NCBI GenBank assembly: GCA_013265495.1
Contig: MU057652.1
Coordinates: 1 to 64,000, forward strand
Length of the DNA stretch: 64,000 nt
Source of the DNA: Vicugna vicugna
Lineage: Eukaryota
Direction: 5' to 3'
Positions 50,155-63,900 of this stretch are shown one piece after another. The notes below the pieces were generated by a model. The model saw only the letters and a list, made by a program, of their open reading frames with translations, was not told where the DNA came from and did no database searches. Numbering within the stretch: the first letter of the stretch is position 1; each line of letters begins with the position of its first letter. The position numbers and the translations under genes were made by a program.

Positions 50155-51849
50155 AAGAATTTGGCCGTGGGAAGGAGCAGGTGACACGAGATATCCCTAA
50201 TGCATCTTTAGGGATAACCACTACGACTTTTGCAAAGTCATCACCTGGAACTTGACTTAATTTAGATGAGATTGTCCACAAAGCAGAGACCAAAGCCATT
50301 ACTGAGAACTACATTCCCAGAACAGGAGAGAGGGACAGATTGAGACAGGAAAGGACTGAGCCCATCCTGGAATGTATCCCTGAGCTGGTGGAATCACTGA
50401 GCTGGCTCCTGCTAAGAGACATTGATTTTGGGTTCTACAGCACATTTCCAGAGAAGCCCCATCGTGGGCGTCCTGAGATCTTGCATGGTGGTAAGAAGAA
50501 AGGAGAATTTATCCAACACTCCCATCTCCCACTGATCAAATATTTTCCCTACAAGCTAACTCCAGTTACAAATGCATAGAAACCTAGGACCCCCCACCAG
50601 AAGAGAAGCCCCCTGCTGGAGCTGGTCACTAGAGCAATTGTTGGGACTAGAAATAGGTGAAAAGGAGATGATTTCAAGTGCTCATGAGTGACCTTTCCTG
50701 CAACACTACAAGTGTTATCAAATGTCAAACTAGCCCTGAAGGATAAAACAAAGAGTTGCTGTTAATAAGTCATTTCACTTATAAATATGCTCTTTCGGCT
50801 TTAGTTATGCCACAATTTTCTTTGCAGTTTAGTGCTTTCTTATAAGATTGCAAATAAAGAACTGAAATGATCATTTTTCATGGATGGAATTTTATGAGTT
50901 AGGAAAAAAAATCCCAAAGAATCTTCACAGAACCCTTAGAATAATAAGTGAGCATGGCTTGGTCAGGTGATCAAACACTGATATGACCATATACCAGCAA
51001 TGCCAATCGGAATTAGAAATGGAAAGAAAATAAAAAACATTTATGATAATATTAAAAAAAGGAGAAGAAAGACTTAGTTCTTCATTAATTTTAACAAACG
51101 TACTATACTAATGTTAGATGTTAATAATGGGGAAAACTGCGGGGGGTATATGTTAACTCATTATCTTTCCAATTATTCTATAAAAATTGTTCTAAAATTA
51201 AAATACATATTTAAGTTAATCATAGAAAATATATCTATTATGTAAAGGAGGCCAGGATTCTCAGCTGGTAGACTAGGACTTGCTGGCATTTGGCCAGAGT
51301 TATGAAACTTTATAAAGTGTTTGATTATTCATCTCTAAAAGGATGTGATTAGCTATAAAACCTGAATTATCACTTCTATCTCTAACGTGTGAACACATTT
51401 TACAGCCCCAACAGGTTCTGGTACTTGATAAACAATCTGAGTGTAAAGTTTCAAAATAATATAATACACATTCGAAAGTTCAAAAATATGGTCAATCCAC
51501 GTTCAAAAATATGGTCAAAATATGGTGGATTGTCTAAGAGTTGGAAATTATTCGGGAGACGTTCTACATTAGCAAAAAAATAATTGAAATGAAACTAAGA
51601 CTAAAGCAAGATAATTTTGCCCGTGGTCATGCCTTCTGTTTGTTTTCTTTCTTTTTTTTAAAGAAATCTGTTTGTTTATTTAATTGCAGTCCAGTCAGTT
51701 TACAACGTTGTTCCAGTTTCCAGAGCACAGCATCATGTTTCAGTCATACACGTACAGTTTGTTTCCTATGTAGTCCGGCACATGCATGTTCAATACTGCA
51801 CACGTTTGTGCTTTAATTTTTTCCCAGCTCTTCTCTGTCCTTTGTCCTT

Positions 51850-51949
51850 TTATGAATGCCCTTTTTGCCTTGGTTTCATTCAATTTTGTGCAAAGAAATT
51901 ACGAATGCCCTTCTTTGCCTTGGTTTCATTCAATTTTGTGCAAAGAAAT
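51850..51949. repeat. ~50-bp tandem duplication
   Basis: gaatgccctt(c)tttgccttggtttcattcaattttgtgcaaagaaat occurs twice. Confidence 0.9.
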
Positions 51950-52961
51950 GTTAACTAGGAATATTATTCAGTGCTCAATCTGAGGTTCTGAAATCCCCTC
52001 CACCATCTGAATGTGATGACCCCCCCCCCAGGAGACCCACTCAAGCGCTGTTCCGTTCAGACAACTTGAAAAGCAGCATCGCCCTTTGAGAACAAACGGG
52101 CTTTTCCTTTTCAAGTGACAACTGGACAAAACGGATATTGTTTATTGAGTTTATTATAGGCAGATGCTTTATTTCTTCTAGGTTCCCAATTTCAGTGTGC
52201 GTTACTCTCTTGTTCTGTATAACATTAATGTAGCATGCCACTGTTCTTTACAGACATTTTGAGTTATGTTAATGCTGCTTCCGTATTAGAATGTAACTGT
52301 TTGAAATCCCTACCCCCCCAAAACTCCACATTCTATCAACTGTGATATTATTCTTAAAACTACTCTTTATTCATGCAGGCGTGCTTTGATTTGGGCATTG
52401 TCATGTGAGGTGCATTATAATTAAACATCACTTCTGCCATACGATGTCCTTGCAGACAAGTAGATATTGTGCATTACCAGAGAATGATAGAAATTATTTT
52501 TCTCACTGATCTGCCTCTGTGTTCCTATAAAAGCACCCTCAGTGGGCATGGTGGAGCCCATTCTCTTCTGGTCTTCCTCCTGCCTCTCCTACTTTCCTCT
52601 TTTCTCCTCTGGCCTCCGCTTGGGTCTCCACAATGTCTTGTGGCTACAAACTGTAGTTCCAGACTTTCAAATGCTGCTCTGGGAGGACCCCATCCCGTCT
52701 TGCATAAGGATTAGTCATGGATATTCGGATCCTTTAGAGTTCAGATCTACTAGTCAAAACAAATTTGCTTCTTTTTGGTCAATATTAACCAAAGACCCAT
52801 CAAACGTAAATTTTGATTGAAGTTCACGTTACCTGGTTAATTCTTGTCAGGCACAAAGAAGGAATGAGCCAAGGTTGATGTCTATTCCTACTCATGTAAT
52901 ATATCCTGGTGCACGTAGACATGACTTATGTCATTAGAAATTCACTAAAATATATCAGTTA

Positions 52962-53178
52962 GAAGAAATTTGTTTTTTATTAACTACTATGTATAAACTA
53001 GATTTAAAAAAATTTCTTCTGTACAGCCCAGGAAACTATATTCAATATCTTGTAGTAACTTATGATGAAAAGAATATAAAAAAGAATATATATGTATATG
53101 CATAATTGGGATATGATTCTGTACACCAGACATTGACACATTGTCATCAACTAAATTTCAATTAAAAAAAATATATAT
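52962..53178 (+). mobile_element. Truncated camelid-type L1 3' end with short 5' inverted segment and TSD
   Basis: L1 tail text 52981-53170; TSD atatatcagtta (52950-52961 / 53179-53190). Confidence 0.85.
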
Positions 53179-55934
53179 ATATATCAGTTATTTCATCTTG
53201 TAACACTCATCAGGGATAATGTATCTCAAGAAAACTCCTGAATATGTCACGGGCTGTTCCTGCAAACAGATCACTACCACTGTCCAGTGGTCCATCGCAG
53301 GTGCTCAAGGATAATGGAATGGCTCCGCCACGGAGTTTGCAAAATACACAACCTCACCCACATGCTTGGTGATTCACGTCCGCCCCATGATTCTTGAGGC
53401 TACATCTAATGGTTAGAACCGAAATGAAGTGTAGATCCTTGACCGCAAGGGAATCAGGAAAGCTGGCTTTTATTCCCAGATCCTTAGAGTAAAATATCAC
53501 TTCAATGCTTCACTAGGGTCCCATCGAATCTTTTAACTCCTGATCGGGTGAGTGTGGGAGGCTGATTTTTGCTGGGAGTCTGGTGGATGAGAATATGTGG
53601 TTTAACATAACGGTTATGATTCCTCACCGTGTGGAATTGTCTTTATTCAGATAATTTAATTCAATCTTAATGTCAACTGTATTTAAAAGCTCCAGGAGTG
53701 TTGGTTATTGGATGTTACACGGAGAGAAGAAAAAATAAATAAAAAGGACACAACAAACAAAGGAGAAAGACAAATTAACAAATTGTGTGAGATCATAGCT
53801 GTGTTTGTTAGAATAATAATTCTCAGCCACTGTAGGTGTAGACGGCTGCATATTTTGAGAATTGGTCAAGAAAAAGGGCTTTTTAAAAGAGCTTGGAGTT
53901 CTTTCCTGTCAGCTTGCCCTAAGTGATTCCAAGTGATGCTGCTCATTAAGGTGCCTGGAAAAGATTGTTTTGGGAAAAAGGGAATTGACATGATGAAATG
54001 GAATAAAATACACTGCACTCAATTTTCATTTCACAGCCATCATCCAAGCTGGGTAGTTGAGGATCTGAAAAGGTGGACAGAAGTCCTGCCTTTGACAAAT
54101 AGGTCCCATTTTTTAAAATATGCTGTGCTCTCAAAGCCAGCAGCCCGGAAGATCGATGGCCACGCCTCCCACACAGCCTACACGGAATGATTTTCATTAG
54201 ATGGAATGCCATTTTAATCAATATTTCAAGACTTTTTGGAAAGTTTTTGCTGGACAGAAGAAACAGCTAACTGTGAAAGTCGGCTGCAATAATTAAGTTT
54301 CTGGTCAAAAATGATACATTGGTTCTCCATTGAGATGACTCCGGGTGAGTCTTATGTTAACGGTAGAATTCGGATGCAGCTAGAATTTGAATGCAGCCAA
54401 TGTATGTGGTCCTTTGAAGAAAGCATCTCTGATTCTGAACTAGGGAAAAGGAGTTTGCACTCCTCAGTTTTGCCACAAGCATTGTCACAATTCAGAAAAT
54501 CTATGAATTTAAGAGCTCTGTCAATGTTTCAAGAAAACCGAAAAACTGCATAGCAGAACTCAGAGGGCTTGTGCAAATAAATAATATAATAATTGAATCT
54601 AGAACTATTTACCAACCCCTTTACAACCCACCCCCATAAAAACTATTTTTTTTCTTTTTTACCAAAAAGGATTTAAAAGCGTTTCTATTTTTAAAAACCA
54701 ATATTCTTTTGATTTTGTCATTGGTCCTACAAATATGTCTTGCTGCCTCTGAACAGTAAGGACAGTGACCCAGGAACAAAGCCCCAGTTCCTGAGACAAT
54801 GGCTGATTTCTGTGGATCTGACACTATCTCTTCTCCATAAAGACCCTGTTTCTTAGCTTAGGGGGTGCAGTTGAGGTGGGTAATCTCCCCACAAAGTCAG
54901 ACATATAAATGAGACAACACAAATTGAAATGTTACCTAAGGGCCACCAAAGATAAACCAAACGTTGCTATAGTAAACCAAACATGAAGTAATTGATGAAA
55001 TAATTTTCTTCCAAAAAAAAAAACAACCCTCATTCATTCATCAATCTCATCCCATCACTAAATTGTAGGAAAGAGTTAGTATTCCTTAACACACTGCATC
55101 CTATGTTATATGTGTTCGATTTGAAGAAAAAGGTTTAGAAGAAAGTACTGGAAAGAACAGATTGCACCTTTTACATAGAAGATTTTTTTAAGGAATATAT
55201 TCCATGTGTCAAATATTTAGGAGAAAACTGTGGAAAATATGACGTGATCTGTTCCACGAGACTGCTATCTCTTATAGATGGTGACAGACTCTTAAAAAAA
55301 ATCAATTAAAATGTGATAAACATTTGCCTACTTGCAGGAAAAAATACATATGTATGCAGTCATTCATGTTTTTACACTGTTGTTTCCATGAGTACGCTGG
55401 AAATTCAGCATCCATGCCTTCCTGTGATGGAGGGACTCCAGGCCACATGCATATGCACTCAGCTTCTACACACACACACTCAGTGCTCCTTGGCATCCTA
55501 TGTTATTGCAACGGTGATTTAATATTTAAAATAGCAAACTTCCTGGGAATTCTGGTTGCTTTTAAGAAGGTGCTAACCTAGCAGCAGTTTCTACTACTTG
55601 TCAGAAATTTTTTGAAAAGTAAGATCACCAAATTGTCATATTGAATAAAGAGTTACATTTAACAAGAAAAAGTTAATGTGGTAGGAAGCTGATAAAGAAA
55701 AAAACAATGAATTACTTAGTTACATCTAAATTTTAAAATGATATCCAACTCTCATAAAAATATAAATGAAGAAGAGTCTCATCAGTGGATTATGAAGTCG
55801 TGCCAAGAGATTTTATTTGTCAGCTATGTGTTTATCACCTGTCTTGTGTCTTGTAAAGTTCTAAGTCTGTGGATGGAGAGACAATTGTGCCATGGAAACT
55901 ACTCCCCAAAACACACAATATAACACAGAAACAG

Positions 55935-56960
55935 ACAGCAATACGATTATAATGGGGACTTCAATAACAAACTTGTGATGATGGATAGAGTAATAAGACA
56001 AGAAATCAATAAGGAGATATTGCACTTGAACCACACATTAGTTTAGTAACAAGAAACATAAAAGAACATTGCATTCAATAGTAGCAGAAGACACATTCTT
56101 CTCAAGCACACAGGGAACATTCACTAGAATAGATCATACCTTAGGCCACAAATCTCAAGAAATTTAAAGCTATTGAAATTACATAAAGCTTCTTTTCCGA
56201 CTACAGCAGAATGAGGCTAGAAATCCGTTACAAAGAAAAACAAGAAATTTTACATGTAGGTGGAAATAAACAAGGTGCTCCCAAGCAACCAATGGTTAAA
56301 GAAGAAATAAAAAGGGAAATTGAAAAAAAATCATCTTGAGACAAACAAAAATGAAAACACAACATATCAAAAGTTAAAAAAAGCAAAAGCAATTTCAAGA
56401 GGGAAGATTACAGCAGTAAACACCTACATTAAGGAAAAAAAGTCAGATCTCATAAAAACGACTCAGAATTAGTAAAAGAAAAGGGAAAAAAGATTAGAGC
56501 AAAAAGAAAAATGAGAGACTAAAAAAAGGAATAAAAAATTTCAGTGAAATTAACCGCTATTTTTGAAAAGATAAATAGAATTGAGAAACCTTTAGCTAGA
56601 CTAAGAATAAACAAGAGAAGGTTCAAATAAGTAAAAATAAATGAAAGAGGAGATATGAGAATTGATAACACAAAAATACTAAGGGTCACAAAAGTTTGGT
56701 AAAAGTGTCAACTCCGTTACAAGATGAATAGTCTGCGAATCTGATGTCTGGCATGTTGAATACGGCTGAAACACTATATTGTATAATTGAAATGTTCTCA
56801 AGCATGAAAAAACAGTTTTTAGGTGATAGATGCTTTAATTAACTTGACTGTGGGAATCCTTTCACAATGTATACATATATCAAATCATCACGTAGTTGCG
56901 TGTTAAATGTATGACAATTTTTTGTCACATATGCCTTAATAAAGCAAAAGTAAAAAAATC
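55935..56960 (+). mobile_element. Decayed L1 ORF2 endonuclease region joined to an L1 3' end
   Basis: ggggacttcaat (GDFN motif), agaatagatcataccttaggccacaaa (RIDH.LGHK) and tccgactac (SDH-like); 3' UTR text from ~56715. Confidence 0.8.
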
Positions 56961-59737
56961 TAAAATTCTAGTGAAACTTGACTGTAATGGAATTAACTCT
57001 GCTAGTAAAGTACCTATGGAATGGCACATTTATGAACCTAGAATGTGTAGTGCTAATTGTAAGGCCAAAACATTGAGAAAATCTTAATTAACGGAGCAAT
57101 TTTAACTACCCGATGGCATATCTATACAGATTTCTAAGAATTTCTAAAGAAATACAATGGGCATGCTCCAAGAATAATAGCTCTATTTACACATAGCATA
57201 TAAAGTATAACAAGATATACCTTCGTATCTATTTTATGTATGCATGCATCTCTGAAATATCGGTCTTGAAAATCCAAAACTTGCTTGAAGCAAACGTAGT
57301 GCTATGGTTTTGTCTTGTGAATTTTGTCAATTTGTATTTGCTCTATTAAGTCATCAGTAATATGACCTAAACCAAAAAGGGAAAAGAATGAAAGATGGAG
57401 ACGAGAGGGGTTTATTTTATAAAATTAACGTCTCCAGTATGATTTTAAATTTGGTTGAAGGGTCTTATGCCTTTCTGTAGAATATCTTAGGTAGTAATCT
57501 CCATCGCTCTCTTTTAATAAAAATTTTTAATGGATTTTAAAGTGTTTTCAATTTAAAGGAAAAAATTTTAAAAAAACTTTAGAGAAGTCAAGACAAGAAA
57601 ATATGCAAGGAGTGGTAACCATTACCTTTTAAAGATCTGTGTCTTCTTCCTACATCCATTAAACTATTTATCCGCTGCTCTTAGCTTCAAGGGAAATCAA
57701 GAAAGTTATCATGCTTTACAAAATCAAGATCTTGAGAATAAAACATCAGAAGAAGTTGATATCAGCTTGGAAAATAGCAGTTTCTACCACATCTCCACAA
57801 AGTTTTAGCCCACACACAGACACACACACACAGTCGATGGCCCCTCATTGACTTACCCAACTGGATCGCTTACCATTTGACAGCGTATAGAAATATTTTC
57901 AATTTTCCATTGGAGAACAGACTTCAGAATGCATTCTACCAAGTCTTTATCTTTACAGCAAAAACTTCTTTTGTAAAATATTTCTTTTCCCATTTTATTT
58001 AGTCATTTATGAAGATGTCAATGATAGGACATAGGACTTCCTCTGTGTCACTTAAAAAAAAAAGGAATTGATACCAGAAACATATTGGAAATAAAAACAA
58101 TAAAAACCTGGCTGTAAAAGAATCATTTCTTTTGACTGAAGGTAACTGATTATGGGTCTCAGAACATGGAAAAATGATCAAATGAGATTAGTGGCGTGAT
58201 ACAAACACACATTCATCTTTACCTGAAAAAAGATGAATTAGGAAACTCACTCAAATGAGAAATGCGATATTTTAGAACTCGTGATTAACAGTCTATGCTA
58301 AGCATTTTCTTGCAAATAAACAGTTTTTGTGCAGAGACGTGCGTGGACTCGGATTGCCTCTAATATTTGTCTTAATTCTGTAGGTTTCTGGAACTTCTTC
58401 AGCAGTGCTGGGCGTAAGAAAGGAAAACACACATTTTTTTTGAATGATTAGCATGTGGGAGGAATTCTTACACGCATAACTTTGACTAACAATCGCAGAG
58501 ACTTTGAGAAATAAGCATTTTTCTTCTCTTGCCACTGGTAACTTTGTCACCAAAACTGCTCATAATGACATGGTAACAACTCAGTTGAACTGAAGTTAAA
58601 CCAAAGCAGTCAGCTCTTCTGAGATGTCACACATCAGCTCAGGGAAGATTTGACAATAATTTGACAATTTTAGTGGTATCAGGGTTTAATTTATTTTAAA
58701 GAAGATATTCTATTTCATTTAAAAATATTCCCTTTTTAGTGTGTGTGAAAGAATACTTTTTTTAAAAATTAACTTTCCTTGTCTATTATACCATCAACAC
58801 AGGTCTATTTTTTGGGTTAAGGAATCTCTGAAAGATTCTGAGTAGTTTGGAAAATACTTTTTTCTTCCGTGGACCTTTTGAAATTGTATTTTAAAGAGTA
58901 AACTGTCTTCCATTTTGAGCAAGACTCATTATGTCTCAAGCAGCTCTTTTCTGTCCGGCCAGGGGTAGTTTATTAGCATCTCACAGAGAGACGTGGGGGA
59001 GATGGCTGTGTTAATTCGGGCCTCTTTGTGTCATGAAATAATTACTGTTGCAAAACACCAGCAGGTGTTAAAAGAGCAGGATTAATTTGTAAGAGTTGAA
59101 TGGCATCATTCCAAATGGCTTATTAAACGCTAATTAGATTTCAGATTGTGTGACTCTCCACACACTTATGTCTGGTTGGGAAAGTTGAAGCATCTCCCTT
59201 CTCTGTGATGGAGGTGACAGAGTTCGCATTTTAATTTTCATAGGTGACCGTTTATCAAATGAAATCAGAATGGAGATCTCCAGCGTCATGTTTCAGAGAG
59301 TGAAGAGTGGGTTCAAATCTTCCTATTTTCAGTGGCCTGAGCCAATTAAGCGAGTGTACAATTCCTTGATCTGCTCTTTGTGATTCAAAGCATTTATGTA
59401 ATGAGATGACTTCAGATGTATTGTTGAGTAAGAAATATTCCTGGGCTGAAAAGGACTTTTCAAGAGTGGTCAACACCATCACTTAATAAACCCCACATTT
59501 TAGCTTTAAAAATTTAGGCAGCAAAAATGTTTTATTTATGCATTAGTTAAAAGAGAGCTATAGTTTTAAGCTGATGTGATGATTGTAAAGACCTCAGAGG
59601 CATGATTGTAACCATATATAACATCTTTTGAAAAGATTTAGTATTGAATGCAAGTCAAAGGTAATAGGAGATACAGGACAAAATAACATTACGTTCTGAA
59701 CTGGCCAACGAGCATTGCCATGATTTTAAAATGTAAA

Positions 59738-59997
59738 ACAAAATAAGATAAGATAAGGTAAGATAAGGTAAGATAAGATACGATAAAATTAAAATAAAAT
59801 AAAATAAAATAAAATAAAATAAAATAAAAAAAAAATAAAAATAAAAAAAAAAAAAAAAAAATAAAATAATAAAAAAAAATAAAGTAAAATAAAAAAAAAT
59901 AAAAATAAAGTAAAATAAAATAAAGTAAATAAAATAAAATAAATAAAATAAAATAAAGTAAAATAAAATAAAATAAAATAAAATATAAAATGAAATC
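59738..59997. repeat. Long compound (AAGAT)n/(AAAAT)n pentanucleotide tract
   Basis: Read directly, ~260 bp. Confidence 0.95.
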
Positions 59998-62459
59998 AAA
60001 ACAGAAGAACACTGAACGTCAACTAAAGGAGCAACCTTCACAGACAAAATTCATTTCATCTTTACTCTCTAAATGTACTGGGGCAGATCGGAAGGTAAGA
60101 TTCCTCTGAATTCCTAATAATGTGTTTCTGTCTGGACTTCTGTGCCTGCACCTGCCTCCTTATGACTCTTCACCTCCCACGTGATGTTCCCTTGAGCTGC
60201 TAAGTCACGCTGGAACCAGACAAAGGGAAATAAATTCTCATCACCGTATACATTTATCAAAATGTCCTATGATACCTTGGACCAAGCAGAAGAATGAATA
60301 AAAGCTCTCTGTTAAATCTCGCTCCTGTCTAATCTGTCCCTCTGCCGTCATGAACGTACGCGATAGAGGGCAGTCCAGACATGCACCTGGGGACCGTGTT
60401 TGATGGGAAAGGACTGTCCCCTTTGCACCATAACATAGGGTCACAAGATAAACAACAGCCTGTCTTTATAAGATCCTTATATTCTGTTCACCATAGACAC
60501 TTTTATGAATTTTGTCTTTCTGTCTTAAAATATTGCACACATGATTTATCTGGAATATTGATTTTTTTTAATCCCCTTAAATTTCGCTCCCGAGGCAAAT
60601 ATGTGCCTCGCTCTCCTCACCCTTATCGCAGCCCTGATTTTCAAATTTCATACATACTCTATGTTTGACCTCACACAAGGTAGGTTTTTTTATTTTTCCA
60701 TCTCTTTTCACACTCATTCTCAGATTACCCCATGAAAGTCTCCTCTTCAGTCAGGGGTCAGCAAAGATATGACCTCTGAAATTGCATCATTGATTTATTG
60801 ATTTGCTGGTTTATTATTGATCCCCACACCTCCCCCTCTGTCCTGAAAAAGCAAGTTCCATCAAAGTAGGAACTCTGTCTGTCCCACCTCTGTTAGCTGT
60901 CCTGGCGCATCATGGGTTCTCAGAGACTATGGGCTGAATGAATAACAGTGTGGGGCTTTGTTGGGGGGGAGGCACGGGACATGCAGTTTTCTGGAAAAAA
61001 AGAAGATAAATTTGGTTATCATTTCCCTGGAAATGTATCATTTATCAATCAATTTATTCAACCAAGGAAGAGAAAAATGGAAATTCTGTGTGTCTACCAT
61101 CACGCATTACGGTGAAGGGCTAAACCACTGTTAATATGGGTTGAAAAAGTTTGGGGACAATGAAAGCAAACTATGACTCATGGTGACCTATTTCTAAGAG
61201 AGTAAGTGGGAAGCAAGATGACAGAACAGCTATATTTCTATCTCCAATAAAAACATAATATTGGATGATGGAATGTTGCAGGCGCTCTTTTGTCTACTGC
61301 CTAGACTAAATTTTATTAACTGCATGATCTGTCCAATTGGCTGTGCAAAAATCAATTGTGAAAAGACTCCTGAAAGCATTGATCACGTGAAAAATGGCCC
61401 CGCGGCGACATACAACAGTGCCCAGAGTCTTAGTCCACAAAAGCACAATCAAGATGTAAAATGGAAACTTTCTAAAGATCTAATGGGAAAGTAAAAATAG
61501 CTTAATAATGAAAAATGTGCAGCCAACGTGTCTTATGCTTTGGCTTTACTTTTCAGTTCAGTTTTTATGGTGAAATAGACAATATTCTCTGTAAGATCAC
61601 TAACCAAGCATTTCGAAATAGAATTCTATTTTAAACCCTGTTTGGCTAATCAATATTATCTGTTGGCTCTTTGACTCAGAAACAGCCCAAAACTCATGGG
61701 GAGACAGCACGTACCACTGCAAAGACTGGTGTAGTGGGTTTGATTCCCCAAATCTTGCTTATGTCATGAAAATTAAACATCACAGTTCATGAATAATGGT
61801 AACCTTGTCAACATAAATTTATGCTCTTGGCTAAGTTGTAGGTGTCTTTAGTTCGTGTGACTTTGATGGCCCAGTATTTAATACTTCTACTTCAAAATGC
61901 AACTCCAATTCTTTTCAGGGCTTGATTTCTACACTCAGGTTATTGACAGCATGAGTTACTCCAAATACTTGTATAATTAGATGACAATGAAGTGAGTCTA
62001 CATTAATCTATTGCATAGCGTCTTGTATGGTGTTTTGTTGGCTGCAGGTGTTTCGTTACTGTTTATTTTAGTTTTGCTGTAGTTGCGAAAAGTTTTCGCC
62101 TAGAATTTTTACTGTCTCAATTGCGACCCTAATTCCTTGCTGGAAAATCAGTGAATCTGTCCCAAAACGACTATATTGTCTACCTGCGCTCTTTACCTAA
62201 CTACACAGAAACATTAGTAACTTACAGAAAGGTACAAAACTTTGAATTTAATATTATCATTTTAGAATGAAGCATTGTTTTTTATGTGGATGTGTCTAAC
62301 CCAGGTCTGCAATTAATCAAGTAAGTCCATGTCAAGGAACTGTGTAAACGTATAAATCTCTTCAAAATTCATCCATAACCCTAACATAATTTCATTAATA
62401 ATATTTCTACCACCAGGCAGTATGATTTTAATGTTCATTTTTAAAATAGAGTGTTTGAA

Positions 62460-62865
62460 CTGTACTTTCTAATAAAATAACTGCTAGCTCCTTGTGGCTG
62501 TCAAGCACTTAAAATATGAGTAGTCTGCATATTCAGACACACACAATAACTGTGTATATAGTAAGTGTAAAATACACTCCAGATTTGTCTTGTACCCAAA
62601 AAGGGCATGAAATATCTGATTGAAATTTTTATGTCAATTACAAATTGAAAAAAATTATTATTTAAAATACACATAGTTAACATTTAATATTAATATTTCC
62701 TTTTTTTAACTTTTACATTCATTGTAACATTCCCTTTTACTTTTTTAATATTTCATTGTACTTTTTACATATCATTAACATTCATTTTAACATTTGCTTT
62801 TTGTGACTAGGGTAAAATTTAGAATTGCATATGTGTTTTGGGTTCTATATTTATAGGACAGTACG
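62460..62865. mobile_element. MER33/MER3-like hAT-Charlie element
   Basis: gctagctccttgtggctgtcaagcacttaaaatatg, taagtgtaaaatacactccagattt, aaaatttagaattgcatatgtg...ggacagtac. Confidence 0.7.
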
Positions 62866-63212
62866 GGGGTAGATTGACCATAGACAACAGAAATGGATTT
62901 GAATCTTCATATTTTGAGACAGATGATAAAGTAACAACATGAAACAATGTAGAAATGGCAGAATCGCTTGGTTATTTAACTAAAACAATAACCTAGGGAT
63001 AAACTCTAGTGTATGTGTGAGAAAATCCTATTTTAATACAGTAGGGCAGTGTTTCAGGTTTATCAATTTTATCATAATGGGGTATCAATTTATTAACTGT
63101 TTATTAATACATTTATCCCATCTTTTTAATCTTTTGATTTATACCCTCAACAGTCATAACATTAATAGTAAAAAATAATATTGATAAATTAAAACACGTG
63201 AAAATTACCAGC

Positions 63213-63613
63213 TGTCTTTGTCTGCTATCCCGCCATACAGAACACCACAGTTTGCACAGATTATAAAGCAGAAATTTATTTTCTCATTGGTTTTGGAGAT
63301 GACTGGGTCCAAGATTAAGGTCCAATGGGATTTAATTTCTGGTGAGAGCTCTCCTCCTGGCTTGAAGGCAGTCACCTTCTTCCTGTGTCTTCACAAGGTG
63401 GAAAAAGAAAGAGACAGAGAGACAGAGGTAGAGAAGGTTCTCTAGTGTCTGTTCTCATAAGAAGACTGATCCTATCAGATCTGGGTCTCACCTTTATAAC
63501 CTCATTTAACCTGAATTAATTTATTATAGGTCCTTATCTCCAAATCCAGCCACATTGGGCACTAAGGCTTTATATGAACTTAGGGAGAGTGGAACACAAT
63601 TCAGTCCACAGCA
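63213..63613 (-). mobile_element. MLT1 (ERVL-MaLR) solo LTR with perfect 5-bp TSD
   Basis: TG..CA termini; CCAGC at 63208-63212 and 63614-63618; body cagaaatttattttctca, aacctcatttaacctgaatt, acacaattcagtccacagca. Confidence 0.9.
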
Positions 63614-63900
63614 CCAGCTTTATGAAAAATTGGTGTAGTAATAAAAAGGCAAATGGGAAATCATAAACAAAAATCATTTCTAGCAATATTATAGGAAACA
63701 TATAAAAGAAAAACTGCCCCTAATATATGAGCTAATTAATAAGGAAAAGGTAATGAGGGAAATAAAAAATGTTCACAAGCCACTATTGGCACTCACATTA
63801 GTATAATTGATCTGGAGGGTAATTGGTAATAAAACAGGAAATCTAAAATTGTGTGTCTAAAAGTTGAATATTTTACTTAATGTAAAATAGTTCATAGTCA

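Noticed and set aside
59655..60047. Phe/Ile/Leu/Tyr-rich membrane-like ORFs
   Set aside because: Translation of (ATTTT)n; the ORFs at 40921, 33710 and 18284 are likewise microsatellite or poly(A) translations.
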